A stretch of DNA of 27,437 nucleotides from a virus (Duplodnaviria > Heunggongvirae > Uroviricota > Caudoviricetes): positions 1-27,437 of the IMG/VR virus record IMGVR_UViG_2548876964_000024; one strand, written 5' to 3'. The notes below the pieces were generated by a model that was given only the letters and a program-made list of their open reading frames with translations, ran no database searches and had not been told where the DNA came from. The position numbers were made by a program, and so were the translations under genes. This document shows positions 16,827-25,720 of this stretch, piece by piece (within the stretch, counting starts at the first letter, position 1; every line of letters begins with the position of its first letter).

Positions 16827-17408
16827 ATGGCACCTATACCTTATGGGGTTTACAGCCAGGCTGACGGTGTATCGCCATTTCTGAAAGTTACTTTAACGAA
16901 CTCTCAGTACCAGGTTACCGGATATATCAGCCAGGGGGCAGCAATGAACATGGCCCAGAATTGGGAAGCGCCGTTTACCGGTATGTCCATGGGGTCTGTT
17001 GCTGGTGCCTTCAGTGGTTTTGCGCAGGTTGGTACTGAAACAACGTCGGTGGCCCGTTGGAACAGCTTAATGGTTTGGGAGGGGGGAACACCGCCAACTT
17101 TCACGCTGCCAGTAACTTTCATCGCTTTGTTTGATCCATTCACGGAGGTTTCAGGAGCTATCGCCGCATTGTCAGCGATGATTAGCCCGGAACTTAAAGA
17201 TGCCAGTATTGGTGGTCGAATCCCGGAGCGTGTGACGCTAAACATTGGTCGCCGGATCAACATCATTGATGTCGCCATCCAGGACTTAAGTTTTGATCTC
17301 GATGCGCCAAGGGACAGTAATGGATATTTCCTGAAAAACACCGTCAACCTCCAGTTGACCGGTTCTTCGATATATAACAGCTCCGATATTGTTCGGGCGT
17401 TCCAGTAA
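16827..17408 (+). CDS. Hypothetical phage morphogenesis/baseplate-region protein, 193 aa
   Basis: ORF in late block; start codon preceded by SD-hairpin arrangement. Confidence 0.45.
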   Translation: MAPIPYGVYSQADGVSPFLKVTLTNSQYQVTGYISQGAAMNMAQNWEAPFTGMSMGSVAGAFSGFAQVGTETTSVARWNSLMVWEGGTPPTFTLPVTFIALFDPFTEVSGAIAALSAMISPELKDASIGGRIPERVTLNIGRRINIIDVAIQDLSFDLDAPRDSNGYFLKNTVNLQLTGSSIYNSSDIVRAFQ

Positions 17409-17419
17409 AAGGATTTTAT

Positions 17420-17929
17420 ATGGGGCACAATAACACTAAGGGAAACCGTAAATTTATCAAGGGCCGCTATACTGCCAACGCGGCCAAAGGCGAACGACTG
17501 GTATCTTCTGAATTCCAGCTCACTTTTGCAGGTCATAAAGATATCAGCGTACTGGTTCGCACGTCGCAAATCCCTGAAATGACCCGCGAGGATGTGGAGG
17601 ACTATGGTCCGAATGGTGTGAAGTTCAACCAGCACGGACCAATTCGAAACTCTGGGGAAATCCAGGTCCAGTGCGTGGAGACTATCGAAGGCGATATTCT
17701 TCAGTTCATCAAGGATCGCATTGCGGCGAAGGACTATGTTGATATCACGATGGCTGCTACCCCTGAATCCAAATCTTCCGGGGTTAACGCTGTGACAAAA
17801 GCTGCTACAACAATTGAAATGTTGGACTGCAAAATCTACAGTGATGCAATCGACTTTAGTACCGAAGATGTGACTGCCGCTGTGCGCCCGTCACTCCGTA
17901 TCGTCTACAACTGGATTGAGTGGGATTAA
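17420..17929 (+). CDS. Hypothetical phage morphogenesis/baseplate-region protein, 169 aa
   Basis: ATG after AAAAGGA; followed by a strong intrinsic terminator. Confidence 0.45.
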   Translation: MGHNNTKGNRKFIKGRYTANAAKGERLVSSEFQLTFAGHKDISVLVRTSQIPEMTREDVEDYGPNGVKFNQHGPIRNSGEIQVQCVETIEGDILQFIKDRIAAKDYVDITMAATPESKSSGVNAVTKAATTIEMLDCKIYSDAIDFSTEDVTAAVRPSLRIVYNWIEWD

Positions 17930-17949
17930 GAGTCATCCCTTGTATTTTT

Positions 17950-17973
17950 AAGCTCCTTCGGGAGCTTTTTTTA
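17950..17973 (+). terminator. Rho-independent terminator
   Basis: AAGCTCC-TTCG-GGAGCTT followed by TTTTTTT. Confidence 0.8.
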
Positions 17974-18064
17974 TAACTATTTTATATAAACATGCATCGA
18001 TAACATTGTCTGGAGTTTTATGTTAGATTATTAATGTTCTAATAAACTACAATTATTGAGGTAG

Positions 18065-18697
18065 ATGTTTGTGCCTGTACTGTTAAAGGGGGACTCTAAA
18101 ATGGCTGTGATTCCAATGTCGTACTCCCCGGGTACTGTCGCTCGTCGATTTTCGATCCTGGACGGAGTTACCATCCAGGGTGTGCTTTACCAGGTTATAT
18201 GGGATTCCAAAACCCCATTTGCAGCTGTAATAGAGGCTGCGCCTTCTGTTATCGATGGTGATATGCGGCATAAGGTTGTCGCTACTCTTGAACTTCAACG
18301 TCGCCCGCAGCTTGAAGGCGTACTGGTAAGGAAGTTCTGGGAGGATAGCGATGTTGCCCAGATTGAAGGTATCGTGGTTGATGGAACTGTCCGGGATGTC
18401 GGTTTAGCTACTTTTGTTTACGAAACCGTAGCCTCAAAAGCTGGTGTTGTTTTGCTCAGTGATAATGAGCAATACGAAGGTGGAAAAGCTCTTTGGCAAC
18501 ATATCGCCCGTCGCTCTTCCGAGCTAAAAGTGTTTATCCTCGACACCGATGCCGCTCAGTATTACCCGTTTGACGGCGAACGTGTTTGCTATGACGGGGT
18601 AAGTATTCCTGAATCCGAGATATGGAGTGAACACCCAGATCGAAGTAAGCATGGGGTTGTTCTGGTCGCTGAATCCATAATTGGAAATGCGGCATAG
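18065..18697 (+). CDS. Hypothetical protein (possibly pmgF-like), 210 aa (alternative start at 18101)
   Basis: ORF after the terminator; candidate weak C1-operator-like site (13/17) at 18033-18049 upstream. Confidence 0.45.
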   Translation: MFVPVLLKGDSKMAVIPMSYSPGTVARRFSILDGVTIQGVLYQVIWDSKTPFAAVIEAAPSVIDGDMRHKVVATLELQRRPQLEGVLVRKFWEDSDVAQIEGIVVDGTVRDVGLATFVYETVASKAGVVLLSDNEQYEGGKALWQHIARRSSELKVFILDTDAAQYYPFDGERVCYDGVSIPESEIWSEHPDRSKHGVVLVAESIIGNAA

Positions 18698-18879
18698 CAG
18701 TAAAAAATTCCTTGCTCCTTAAAATGGGAGAGGGTTAATCTACGTATGCTAAGCATAGATATGGCCTCAGATTAATGTTAAGCGTCTTGCAGGACGCGTA
18801 ATGTTATCTGGGGCTTTCTTCTATCTGCTTTTCGGGTAATGCCTGAAGCAGATAGCCTCAAGCACCCGCAACGATTGTA

Positions 18880-19125
18880 TCAATGTCTGGCTTTTTTTCT
18901 ATAGAAATCACCAGGAAGGGTGAATATCCACATCAGAAGAAATGTTGCAGCAAACATGATCCCTAATGGCCAGACCGCGCCAAAGAAAATCCATACTAAG
19001 ATCTCCTCTGCTCGTTCTTTGCGGTCGATATCGACAAGCATTTTTCGGCTGATCATGTATACACAGAAGCCAATACAAACATATCCTGCAAAAGCGATCG
19101 CTAACTGTAAAAAATCAGATTGCAT
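18880..19125 (-). CDS. Small membrane protein downstream of repL (two predicted TM helices), 81 aa
   Basis: ATG at 19125 with GAGG SD; hydrophobic segments AIAFAGYVCIGFCVYMI and ILVWIFFGAVWPLGIMFAATFLLMWIF. Confidence 0.4.
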   Translation of the reverse strand: MQSDFLQLAIAFAGYVCIGFCVYMISRKMLVDIDRKERAEEILVWIFFGAVWPLGIMFAATFLLMWIFTLPGDFYRKKARH

Positions 19126-19175
19126 CTCCGACCTCAAACTGAAAACGCCTGGTGACTCCAGATTAGAGCAATCTA

Positions 19176-20021
19176 TCACCCTCTGAATCCTGCCGGTATA
19201 CCCCATTGTTCGTTATCTTTATTTTTGGCTAAAACCGCATTAAGAGCTTCGTTTACCGTCATGCAATGCGGCAGATTATCGAAGTTTGATACCCCGCCAA
19301 TATCAGGAGAACGCTTGTTCTTCAGGTAAGCATATTTCCGCGCTGCCGCCTCTACTTTCTGCTTGAACTCATGTTTTTGAGCGCGTTTTTTGGATAACCG
19401 CAGATTGTCAGCCTTTGCTTTTGCCTCAGCGATCCATGAAGTCAATTTTTTGAGTTTGGTCGTTCCGGCAGCGCCGGAAACTGATCTTTTTGTTTTTTTA
19501 AATTGTGACTTCTTATTCTTTATTGCCACGTCATCCTGACAGGGGGAGGGGGTATCATTTTGACATGGGGGTGTGGATAAAAAATTAAATAAAGCCAATG
19601 TCTTAGCGAGAACAGCTTTAACCTTGGTTGCCGCTGAAGAGATCTTTAATTTGCTTTCAATCAGCGCATTTTTGGCTTGTTGTGCGAAGGCCAAAAAGGA
19701 TGGTGTAAACCGGTACAGGTTAGCGCGACGTTCACGGTGATCGCCGATAACAATCTCTACAGACAGAATTCCTTTGTTTACAGCTTCACGGAATGCACGA
19801 ACGACGGTTGATTGGCTATAACCAGTTTCTGCCGCGATCAGGCGGTGAGGCTTGTGAATGAAGTATTCACTGGTTGTTGCCGCTAGATTTGCACATTGCG
19901 ACAGGATATGCCCGGCGCTACGGGATAGACCGGAGTGTGTTACAAAGCAGGCCAATTCATAGCCAGAAAAAGTAAAATCGCTCATCGTTATACAGCTCAG
20001 GAAAGTGACTTTAGCCAGCAT
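19176..20021 (-). CDS. repL: Lytic replication initiator RepL, 281 aa
   Basis: Position immediately downstream of kilA and sequence features of RepL family (HTH-like region TGYSQSTVVRAFREAVNKGIL; basic Lys-rich C-terminal half). Confidence 0.7.
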   Translation of the reverse strand: MLAKVTFLSCITMSDFTFSGYELACFVTHSGLSRSAGHILSQCANLAATTSEYFIHKPHRLIAAETGYSQSTVVRAFREAVNKGILSVEIVIGDHRERRANLYRFTPSFLAFAQQAKNALIESKLKISSAATKVKAVLAKTLALFNFLSTPPCQNDTPSPCQDDVAIKNKKSQFKKTKRSVSGAAGTTKLKKLTSWIAEAKAKADNLRLSKKRAQKHEFKQKVEAAARKYAYLKNKRSPDIGGVSNFDNLPHCMTVNEALNAVLAKNKDNEQWGIPAGFRG

Positions 20022-20050
20022 TACAATGCTGGTGGTTCTTACTACGTCTG

Positions 20051-20851
20051 TTAGCGCGCTGCCGCGACAGGTACCAGCACACCAGCATCAAGCAATCGCT
20101 TCATCAGCCACTGCTGACCTTTGCCGGTTATACGAGTCGTGAAAGAAATCCTGCTTCCATTGCTTGTATCGATCACGGTTTCTTTAAGGGTGAAATACCC
20201 ACGGGATATGTATTCTTGTTTGGGGACGTTCCTGCGTTCACCGGTTGCGATCAGAATTCCGTTATCACGCAACCAGGTGAAGAGATAGTTTTGGCCCAGG
20301 CCGAGCACTTTGGCATAGTTGCCGATTAGAACCCCGCTGGCGGTAGCAACGCGTTCGGCGAATTCGACTTTAGGTGCATCCATAAGCATTTTTTGCTCCA
20401 GCCGTTGCTTTTGCTCTGCCAGGTCGGCAGCCAAACGGAGAGCTTCAGGGAGACTCTGCGGAATAGCAGGTTGTAATCTTCCGGCTCGATAGTCGATAAA
20501 TGTCTGGTTTACCTTCAGCCGAAACGCGGGAGAAATCCAGCCTGCGTACTCCACAGCGAGCAATTCATGGGCAAAAGTGCCGCCGCCACGGCCTTCGAAC
20601 GAAACTATGCAATTCTGCATAGTTTCTTTTTCAAGCTCTTCGATGAGCTGTTTGGCTGACAGCGTTCTTAGCCATTGAGCTGGCGCTTTATGGGCACCGA
20701 GTCCGCTCGCTCTGTGTAGAGCATTAAGGTTGTAACGGCCAGCGTGGTCGGTCGTAATTTCAACACCACAAATAACAGGCAGAGTGGTTGAAGGATCGAC
20801 ATTTTGATGAAGGTTTGATATATTCATATCCGCATTGAATGTTTGTTGCAT
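20051..20851 (-). CDS. kilA: KilA (KilA-N domain plus antirepressor-type C-terminal domain), 266 aa
   Basis: N-terminal KilA-N-like region; C-terminal ~130 aa closely similar to the C-terminus of the adjacent ant product (IPQSLPEALRLAADLAEQK... vs IPQTLPEALRLAAELAEQK...). Confidence 0.7.
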   Translation of the reverse strand: MQQTFNADMNISNLHQNVDPSTTLPVICGVEITTDHAGRYNLNALHRASGLGAHKAPAQWLRTLSAKQLIEELEKETMQNCIVSFEGRGGGTFAHELLAVEYAGWISPAFRLKVNQTFIDYRAGRLQPAIPQSLPEALRLAADLAEQKQRLEQKMLMDAPKVEFAERVATASGVLIGNYAKVLGLGQNYLFTWLRDNGILIATGERRNVPKQEYISRGYFTLKETVIDTSNGSRISFTTRITGKGQQWLMKRLLDAGVLVPVAAAR

Positions 20852-20920
20852 TTTTTCTCCAAATTTGCATCAACCTTCAATCACCAGCTCGAAATGGTGA
20901 TTCTTTGCACTTAGAAAACG

Positions 20921-20937
20921 AAATTTATTAGAGCAAA
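20921..20937 (-). promoter_or_regulatory. C1 operator-like site (16/17), Op53-type, at the kilA-repL promoter
   Basis: Plus strand AAATTTATTAGAGCAAA, 70 nt upstream of the kilA start on the minus strand. Confidence 0.6.
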
Positions 20938-20982
20938 TTTTTCTAACTCGATCCAGATCGGGTTGGATGATCTGCTCAGAAA

Positions 20983-21008
20983 CCTGCCAGTTTGCTGGCA
21001 GGTTTTTT
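20983..21008 (+). terminator. Rho-independent terminator, plus-strand orientation
   Basis: CCTGCCAG-TTTG-CTGGCAGG followed by TTTTTT; lies between ant stop and the kilA promoter. Confidence 0.6.
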
Positions 21009-21014
21009 CTTTTG

Positions 21015-22403
21015 TTAACCTATTGCTACTGGTTTTAACAAACCAGCATCAAGTAGCTTGCGAGTTAACCACTGCTGGCCTTTACCCGTTAATTGGGGCG
21101 TCAGCCGTATCTGGTAGCCATTTTCATCATCCAGCACCACTTCTTTCACCGTGAAATACCCGGCGTTGATGTACTGTTGGCGCGGTACGTTTTTGCGCGC
21201 TCCAAAAGCCATGAGAATGCCATTCTGGCGCAACCATGAGAAAAGGGCGTTTTGCTTAAGTCCAACGACCTTTGCAAAGTTCCCGATCAGGATTCCATTA
21301 GCCACTGATACCCGGTCGGCAAAATCGACTTTAGGGGCTGCGGCCACCAGCTGTTGTTCCAACTGCATTTTCTGTTCTGCCAACTCGGCGGCCAGGCGCA
21401 AGGCTTCTGGTAATGTTTGGGGGATTGTGACCGGTTGCTGTTCTTTTTGCCGGAAGTAGCTGTCTTCCAGTTTTTCAAAGAATGCCCACGCTTGCTCTGT
21501 GTCTACGATCTTAGACATGCGTGCCGCTCCGCGTTCGGTCCAGAGTATTAAGGATCTGGTCTTGGGGGAAATTTGCAACTCGCTAAAAGATAGTCGCAAA
21601 CTTTTTATCTCATCTCCTTTGATTTTAAAGAAGTGTTTACCCTCTACAAATCGTTCTTCGTTGCGATTGTAGTTCTGCTGAATACGAATAGGTGTAGTGT
21701 CATACCCTCTAGCAAGAGTCTCGGTTGTCACGACGCGTACTCCCTGCCATTCCAGAACGGGAATTTCATCAGGCTGATTTTCAACATTTATAGGTTCCAA
21801 TGCCTGAATCATGGTTTGTAGCGAACGGCGGACCGCTTTTGACTCGCGCGCGGCAACTCGCAGGGCTTGTTTGTAGGTCATGGTTATGACAACCATAGGC
21901 GTACCGCCACCTGGTGGCACGGTTGCACTTTTTGTGTAACCGTCCTCACCTTCTAATTCGTCGAGTATTTTTTCGATGAATTTGTTGTTCCGAACCGCTG
22001 GTTCCCCACATAACTTACGCGCTTCATTGACCATCTTTAACAGTGTCTGGCTGTCGATTGTGTCTCCAGTGTTGGAGATAACATTCACAGCTGGTGATGG
22101 CGTAGCTGAAGCAACAGGTGCTGGTTTTTCAACATTCAAATTATTACCGGTCATTCTATGTGCCTCCTTTCTCATTTCTGCTGCCACTGTTGCGTAACGT
22201 AGACGTCCTTGTTCAATCAAATAATCCCTGATCTCGGCTATCAGTAGCCTGTTGATCACAGCCTTATCTGTTCGGGTATAAAAACGCCTGGTTATCATGA
22301 AATAGTTGGCAATTGCGCCGGGGATCTCCCGTGTCGGCATACAGGTTGTATGCAAAGCGAACGCTTCGGCAATTTCATTACGGGTGACGAGAGGTTTTTT
22401 CAT
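21015..22403 (-). CDS. ant: Antirepressor Ant (immI) with C-terminal KilA-C-type antirepressor domain, 462 aa
   Basis: Start ATG overlaps icd stop (ATGA); C-terminal domain paralogous to KilA C-terminus; synteny c4-icd-ant-kilA-repL. Confidence 0.65.
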   Translation of the reverse strand: MKKPLVTRNEIAEAFALHTTCMPTREIPGAIANYFMITRRFYTRTDKAVINRLLIAEIRDYLIEQGRLRYATVAAEMRKEAHRMTGNNLNVEKPAPVASATPSPAVNVISNTGDTIDSQTLLKMVNEARKLCGEPAVRNNKFIEKILDELEGEDGYTKSATVPPGGGTPMVVITMTYKQALRVAARESKAVRRSLQTMIQALEPINVENQPDEIPVLEWQGVRVVTTETLARGYDTTPIRIQQNYNRNEERFVEGKHFFKIKGDEIKSLRLSFSELQISPKTRSLILWTERGAARMSKIVDTEQAWAFFEKLEDSYFRQKEQQPVTIPQTLPEALRLAAELAEQKMQLEQQLVAAAPKVDFADRVSVANGILIGNFAKVVGLKQNALFSWLRQNGILMAFGARKNVPRQQYINAGYFTVKEVVLDDENGYQIRLTPQLTGKGQQWLTRKLLDAGLLKPVAIG

Positions 22404-22621
22404 AAAACCCCCTGAACGTCGGCAGAGAAGGGGAGGTTCCAGTAACTAAGTGAATTGCGCGAGTTAGTAGAAAAACGGGCAGTAAAAATGCAGGGGCCAT
22501 CAGGCAATTGAGAGCGTGCTTCGTCTTCAGTTGCTGCGATAACGAAGTGATAGTGTTGTTTTTGGCAGGAGTAAAAGCGCCAGATAAATTCAGGATGAGT
22601 AGGGGTAGGGATAGTAGCCAC
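22400..22621 (-). CDS. icd: Icd-like cell-division interference protein, 73 aa, GTG start, translationally coupled to ant
   Basis: 73-aa ORF matching the length of P1 Icd (recollection); SD AAGGAGG 7 nt upstream of GTG; stop overlaps ant ATG. Confidence 0.55.
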   Translation of the reverse strand: MATIPTPTHPEFIWRFYSCQKQHYHFVIAATEDEARSQLPDGPCIFTARFSTNSRNSLSYWNLPFSADVQGVL

Positions 22622-22639
22622 AATGGCAGCCTCCTTTTG

Positions 22640-22800
22640 CTAATTTAAGGAGCTACCGCGTGAGGTTCCAATCTCAATGGCGGTAGCACTGACTGGGTTG
22701 GAACTACCGGCGCAAAAGGGAACCGGCCTGCCTTTCGGCAGCCCAGCCAGCACTACCATTGATCTCGGAGCTATGTGCTACGTATGGCTGTGCGATGGCA
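22640..22800 (-). ncRNA. c4: Candidate c4-type antisense repressor RNA region (immI), exact ends not determined
   Basis: GC-rich structured, non-coding leader upstream of icd on the minus strand, downstream of an Op51-like operator; direct repeat TAGCTCC occurs near the icd RBS and about 115 nt upstream (as a1/b1 versus a'/b' target-type elements would). Confidence 0.3.
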
Positions 22801-22807
22801 TGACACA

Positions 22808-22832
22808 AAAAAAGACGCTTTTGGCGTCTGTG
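22808..22832 (-). terminator. Rho-independent terminator on minus strand inside immI leader
   Basis: Minus-sense AGACGC-CAAAA-GCGTCT followed by TTTTTTT. Confidence 0.6.
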
Positions 22833-22955
22833 TCGCCTTTTGCATTATCCGGGGTTCCAATCCCGGCATCCGTTTTACTAAGATGCCTGTTTAGGATAAA
22901 CCGAAAATGCATTAGCACGCAAGCAAGTTAATGTAGCATATGAAGCTAAAAAAAT

Positions 22956-22972
22956 AAAATAATTAGAGCAAC
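22956..22972 (-). promoter_or_regulatory. C1 operator-like site (14/17), Op51-type, at immI promoter
   Basis: Minus-sense GTTGCTCTAATTATTTT versus consensus ATTGCTCTAATAAATTT. Confidence 0.4.
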
Positions 22973-23021
22973 TTGCAACCATGTGAATTATTTCTCTGGT
23001 AACTAAAATGTATGAGTTTAA

Positions 23022-23047
23022 TTGATATGGGTCAAAGATTTTGACCA
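23022..23047. promoter_or_regulatory. Overlapping palindromes upstream of cargo gene A (putative operator)
   Basis: GGTCAAA-GAT-TTTGACC (23022-23038) overlapping ACCAT-TGC-ATGGT (23035-23047), about 75 nt upstream of the 23119 start. Confidence 0.35.
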
Positions 23048-23118
23048 TTGCATGGTGAAACTTTATGCTACAAAATGTTATTTTAAGGCGTTTTATCTGT
23101 GGCAGGAGATAGTTAATC

Positions 23119-23469
23119 ATGTCATCTGAACATGTTCGTAAAGGTGTAACAAATGCGAAATTCAATGAAGAGCAATCTAATATTCTCTTTATTGAAATAG
23201 GAATTCTGTCAATACTGATAGGTTTAATGTCTAAATCATGGTGGGCCTTTGGCGGTTCTTTTCTTGGACTGATTTTTAGTTTAAGAATAAAATTTCTGGC
23301 AATACCATTGATGATTGTATTTAGCTTAGTATGGGGAGCTATTGGCTATAGTATTGGTACTTTGTTTGAATCAACAGCAGCAAGTATTGTTTTGGGGGTA
23401 ATTGCTTTCCTGAGTGGTTTGGGTACTCATTTTGCTGCCGTGCAATGGGCAAATGATATTGCAGAATAA
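23119..23469 (+). CDS. Small polytopic inner-membrane protein (cargo gene A), 116 aa
   Basis: ATG after GGCAGGAGATAG; three to four hydrophobic helices; AT-rich codon usage distinct from flanking phage genes. Confidence 0.55.
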   Translation: MSSEHVRKGVTNAKFNEEQSNILFIEIGILSILIGLMSKSWWAFGGSFLGLIFSLRIKFLAIPLMIVFSLVWGAIGYSIGTLFESTAASIVLGVIAFLSGLGTHFAAVQWANDIAE

Positions 23470-23491
23470 TTACAGATAAGAAGCGAAAAGA

Positions 23492-23968
23492 ATGAATATG
23501 AGATGGTTTTTATTATTTGTATCGTTAGTTTCAGCAGGAACATTTGCAAAAATAGATCCTCTACAATGGAATGTAATTGAAGAGAGAGGGGGGAGAGAAT
23601 ATACAATCCATAATCATAATGGTGATAAGATAAGTTTTTTATGTGATATGGGATTCATGTATGGTTCACCAGATAGTGCAGGTAGTTTAGGCTTGTTGCT
23701 AAGTTCGTCGAATAATAAAAAAGAGTATAATGCTGACAAGAATAAAATAGTATTAACTATAGATGGTGAGCAATATCCTTTTAGCAATCTTGGATCAATG
23801 GTTGGAGATTCTTGGTGGTATGCCTTTTGGCAAGATGCAGCAGATTCAAATGCTAATGCGATCGATGCTTATGTTGATAATGAAAAAATTGCCACATTTC
23901 CTCTTTCTGGGCTAAGTAAATTATATCAACAAGCTAAAAACGATGGATGCTTAAAGCGCGGCGATTAA
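23492..23968 (+). CDS. Secreted/periplasmic protein with Sec signal peptide (cargo gene B), 158 aa
   Basis: N-terminal MNMRWFLLFVSLVSAGTFA signal peptide (A-x-A-type cleavage site likely after TFA); AT-rich. Confidence 0.55.
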   Translation: MNMRWFLLFVSLVSAGTFAKIDPLQWNVIEERGGREYTIHNHNGDKISFLCDMGFMYGSPDSAGSLGLLLSSSNNKKEYNADKNKIVLTIDGEQYPFSNLGSMVGDSWWYAFWQDAADSNANAIDAYVDNEKIATFPLSGLSKLYQQAKNDGCLKRGD

Positions 23969-23987
23969 TTTTATTGCAAATTTAACG

Positions 23988-24012
23988 TAACCCATAAAGC
24001 GATTATGGGTTA
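23988..24012. terminator. 10-bp stem-loop between convergent cargo genes (putative bidirectional terminator, no clear U-tract)
   Basis: TAACCCATAA-AGCGA-TTATGGGTTA. Confidence 0.35.
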
Positions 24013-24019
24013 CAAAATA

Positions 24020-24913
24020 TTAAGATGTTGTGTTATAACAGTCTGTTTCTTCAAAGCAATGGGTCAGGTTATTGATCACAGGTTCTCCTTTCTCGTGTCT
24101 GAGAATAAGAGAGCCTCCATTAGTAGACCATTTATCTGAAACAGCAACAAAATTACAGAAGCAGCTACTCCCTGAAATTTCTCTTGCAATTCTTATAAAA
24201 TGAAATGCTCTAACTTCGAGACCTGGAACAATTTGTCCAAGACATTCTCTCATTGAATCTTCATCAAAGTCTCCATTTATTATTCCTGAACAGATAAACT
24301 CATAATAATTAAGAACGAAGAACATATCATTACCTGCTGATATGTATTTATCATGGACCTTTTTATCTTTTAAATCTTTATCATTTGGGATAAGTCTTTG
24401 TTTGGCAATAATTTCATTTATGGTTTTTCTAAGCCCGAACGTATTCGCTACCGATGAGACTTTTTTGTGAAATAATTCACTGTTTCTTTGATTCATTAGT
24501 GTATTTAAGGTGTGTGATTTTCTTGCGGCTACTTTACTCACAGTAGCCTGAACCCACCACCCAGAACCAAGTAGCACAGAACTTATAAGTAAAGCAATTG
24601 TGGATTGGTATACATCACCATATAAATAATATAATATAAATACACTATATAGCGTTACACCAAAGATTAAAGCTATAATGGTAATCCCATCGTTTGTTTC
24701 TGGGTATTTTTTTGCTATCTTTTCCTTTATCGTTATGCTGATAAAGGCGGAGAAGAACGCAAACATTAAGAATGGTAAAACTTCATCGAGAGAAAAAGAT
24801 AATGTTTTCTTGATAATATCTTCTCGAGATTCAAATATCATGAAAAAAAGTAATGAGAGAAAAAAAGTTAAGTGAGTATATTTATGTTTTATGTATTTCT
24901 GTAAAGAATGCAT
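24020..24913 (-). CDS. Membrane-anchored protein: N-terminal 3-4 TM helices plus about 160-aa cytoplasmic domain of unknown function (cargo gene C), 297 aa
   Basis: Long AT-rich ORF convergent with genes A/B; hydrophobic N-terminal third; no recognisable catalytic motif. Confidence 0.55.
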   Translation of the reverse strand: MHSLQKYIKHKYTHLTFFLSLLFFMIFESREDIIKKTLSFSLDEVLPFLMFAFFSAFISITIKEKIAKKYPETNDGITIIALIFGVTLYSVFILYYLYGDVYQSTIALLISSVLLGSGWWVQATVSKVAARKSHTLNTLMNQRNSELFHKKVSSVANTFGLRKTINEIIAKQRLIPNDKDLKDKKVHDKYISAGNDMFFVLNYYEFICSGIINGDFDEDSMRECLGQIVPGLEVRAFHFIRIAREISGSSCFCNFVAVSDKWSTNGGSLILRHEKGEPVINNLTHCFEETDCYNTTS

Positions 24914-24923
24914 TTTAAATCCT

Positions 24924-24960
24924 AAAAAAATACGCCCATTAAAGGGCGTTTTATTGTTTT
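24924..24960. terminator. Bidirectional terminator-like hairpin (A7 - ACGCCC-ATTAAA-GGGCGT - T-rich) at edge of cargo module
   Basis: Stem 24932-24937 / 24944-24949 flanked by A-run upstream and TTTTATTGTTTT downstream; 19 nt from the gene C start codon. Confidence 0.5.
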
Positions 24961-24990
24961 ACTCAAAACAACCTGACTCAAAACAACCTG
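24961..24990 (+). repeat. Perfect 15-bp tandem duplication ACTCAAAACAACCTG x2
   Basis: Identical adjacent copies at 24961-24975 and 24976-24990. Confidence 0.9.
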
Positions 24991-25102
24991 ATTGTGTGAT
25001 AACCATATGATACTCCTCATTCCATCTACACTACCTACTCTAACTTAATGATACCATATTACTCCCGGACGGCAATATTCCCACTCAATGGACAAATGAC
25101 TA

Positions 25103-25710
<608 letters not shown>

Positions 25711-25720
25711 GGGGGCTGAT

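Noticed and set aside
18033-18049. Weak C1-operator-like sequence AATGTTCTAATAAACTA upstream of the 18065 gene
   Set aside because: Only 13/17 match; could be chance in AT-rich DNA. Mentioned in evidence but not called as a feature.
18744-18855. Palindrome TATGCTAAGCATA and 10-bp inverted repeat CTATCTGCTT ... AAGCAGATAG between convergent genes
   Set aside because: Probably transcription-termination/RNA-stability structures in a convergent intergenic region; no U-tract and no further evidence for a distinct element.
19161-19171. Partial operator-like ATTAGAGCAAT just downstream of repL
   Set aside because: Only the 11-nt right half matches the C1 consensus; insufficient for a call.
20963-21154. 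Plus-strand 63-aa ORF starting at the ant-side terminator
   Set aside because: Overlaps the terminator hairpin and the 3' end of ant in antisense; no RBS.
22677-22931. Plus-strand 84-aa ORF in the immI leader
   Set aside because: Antisense to the structured c4/icd leader and spanning a terminator; no RBS.
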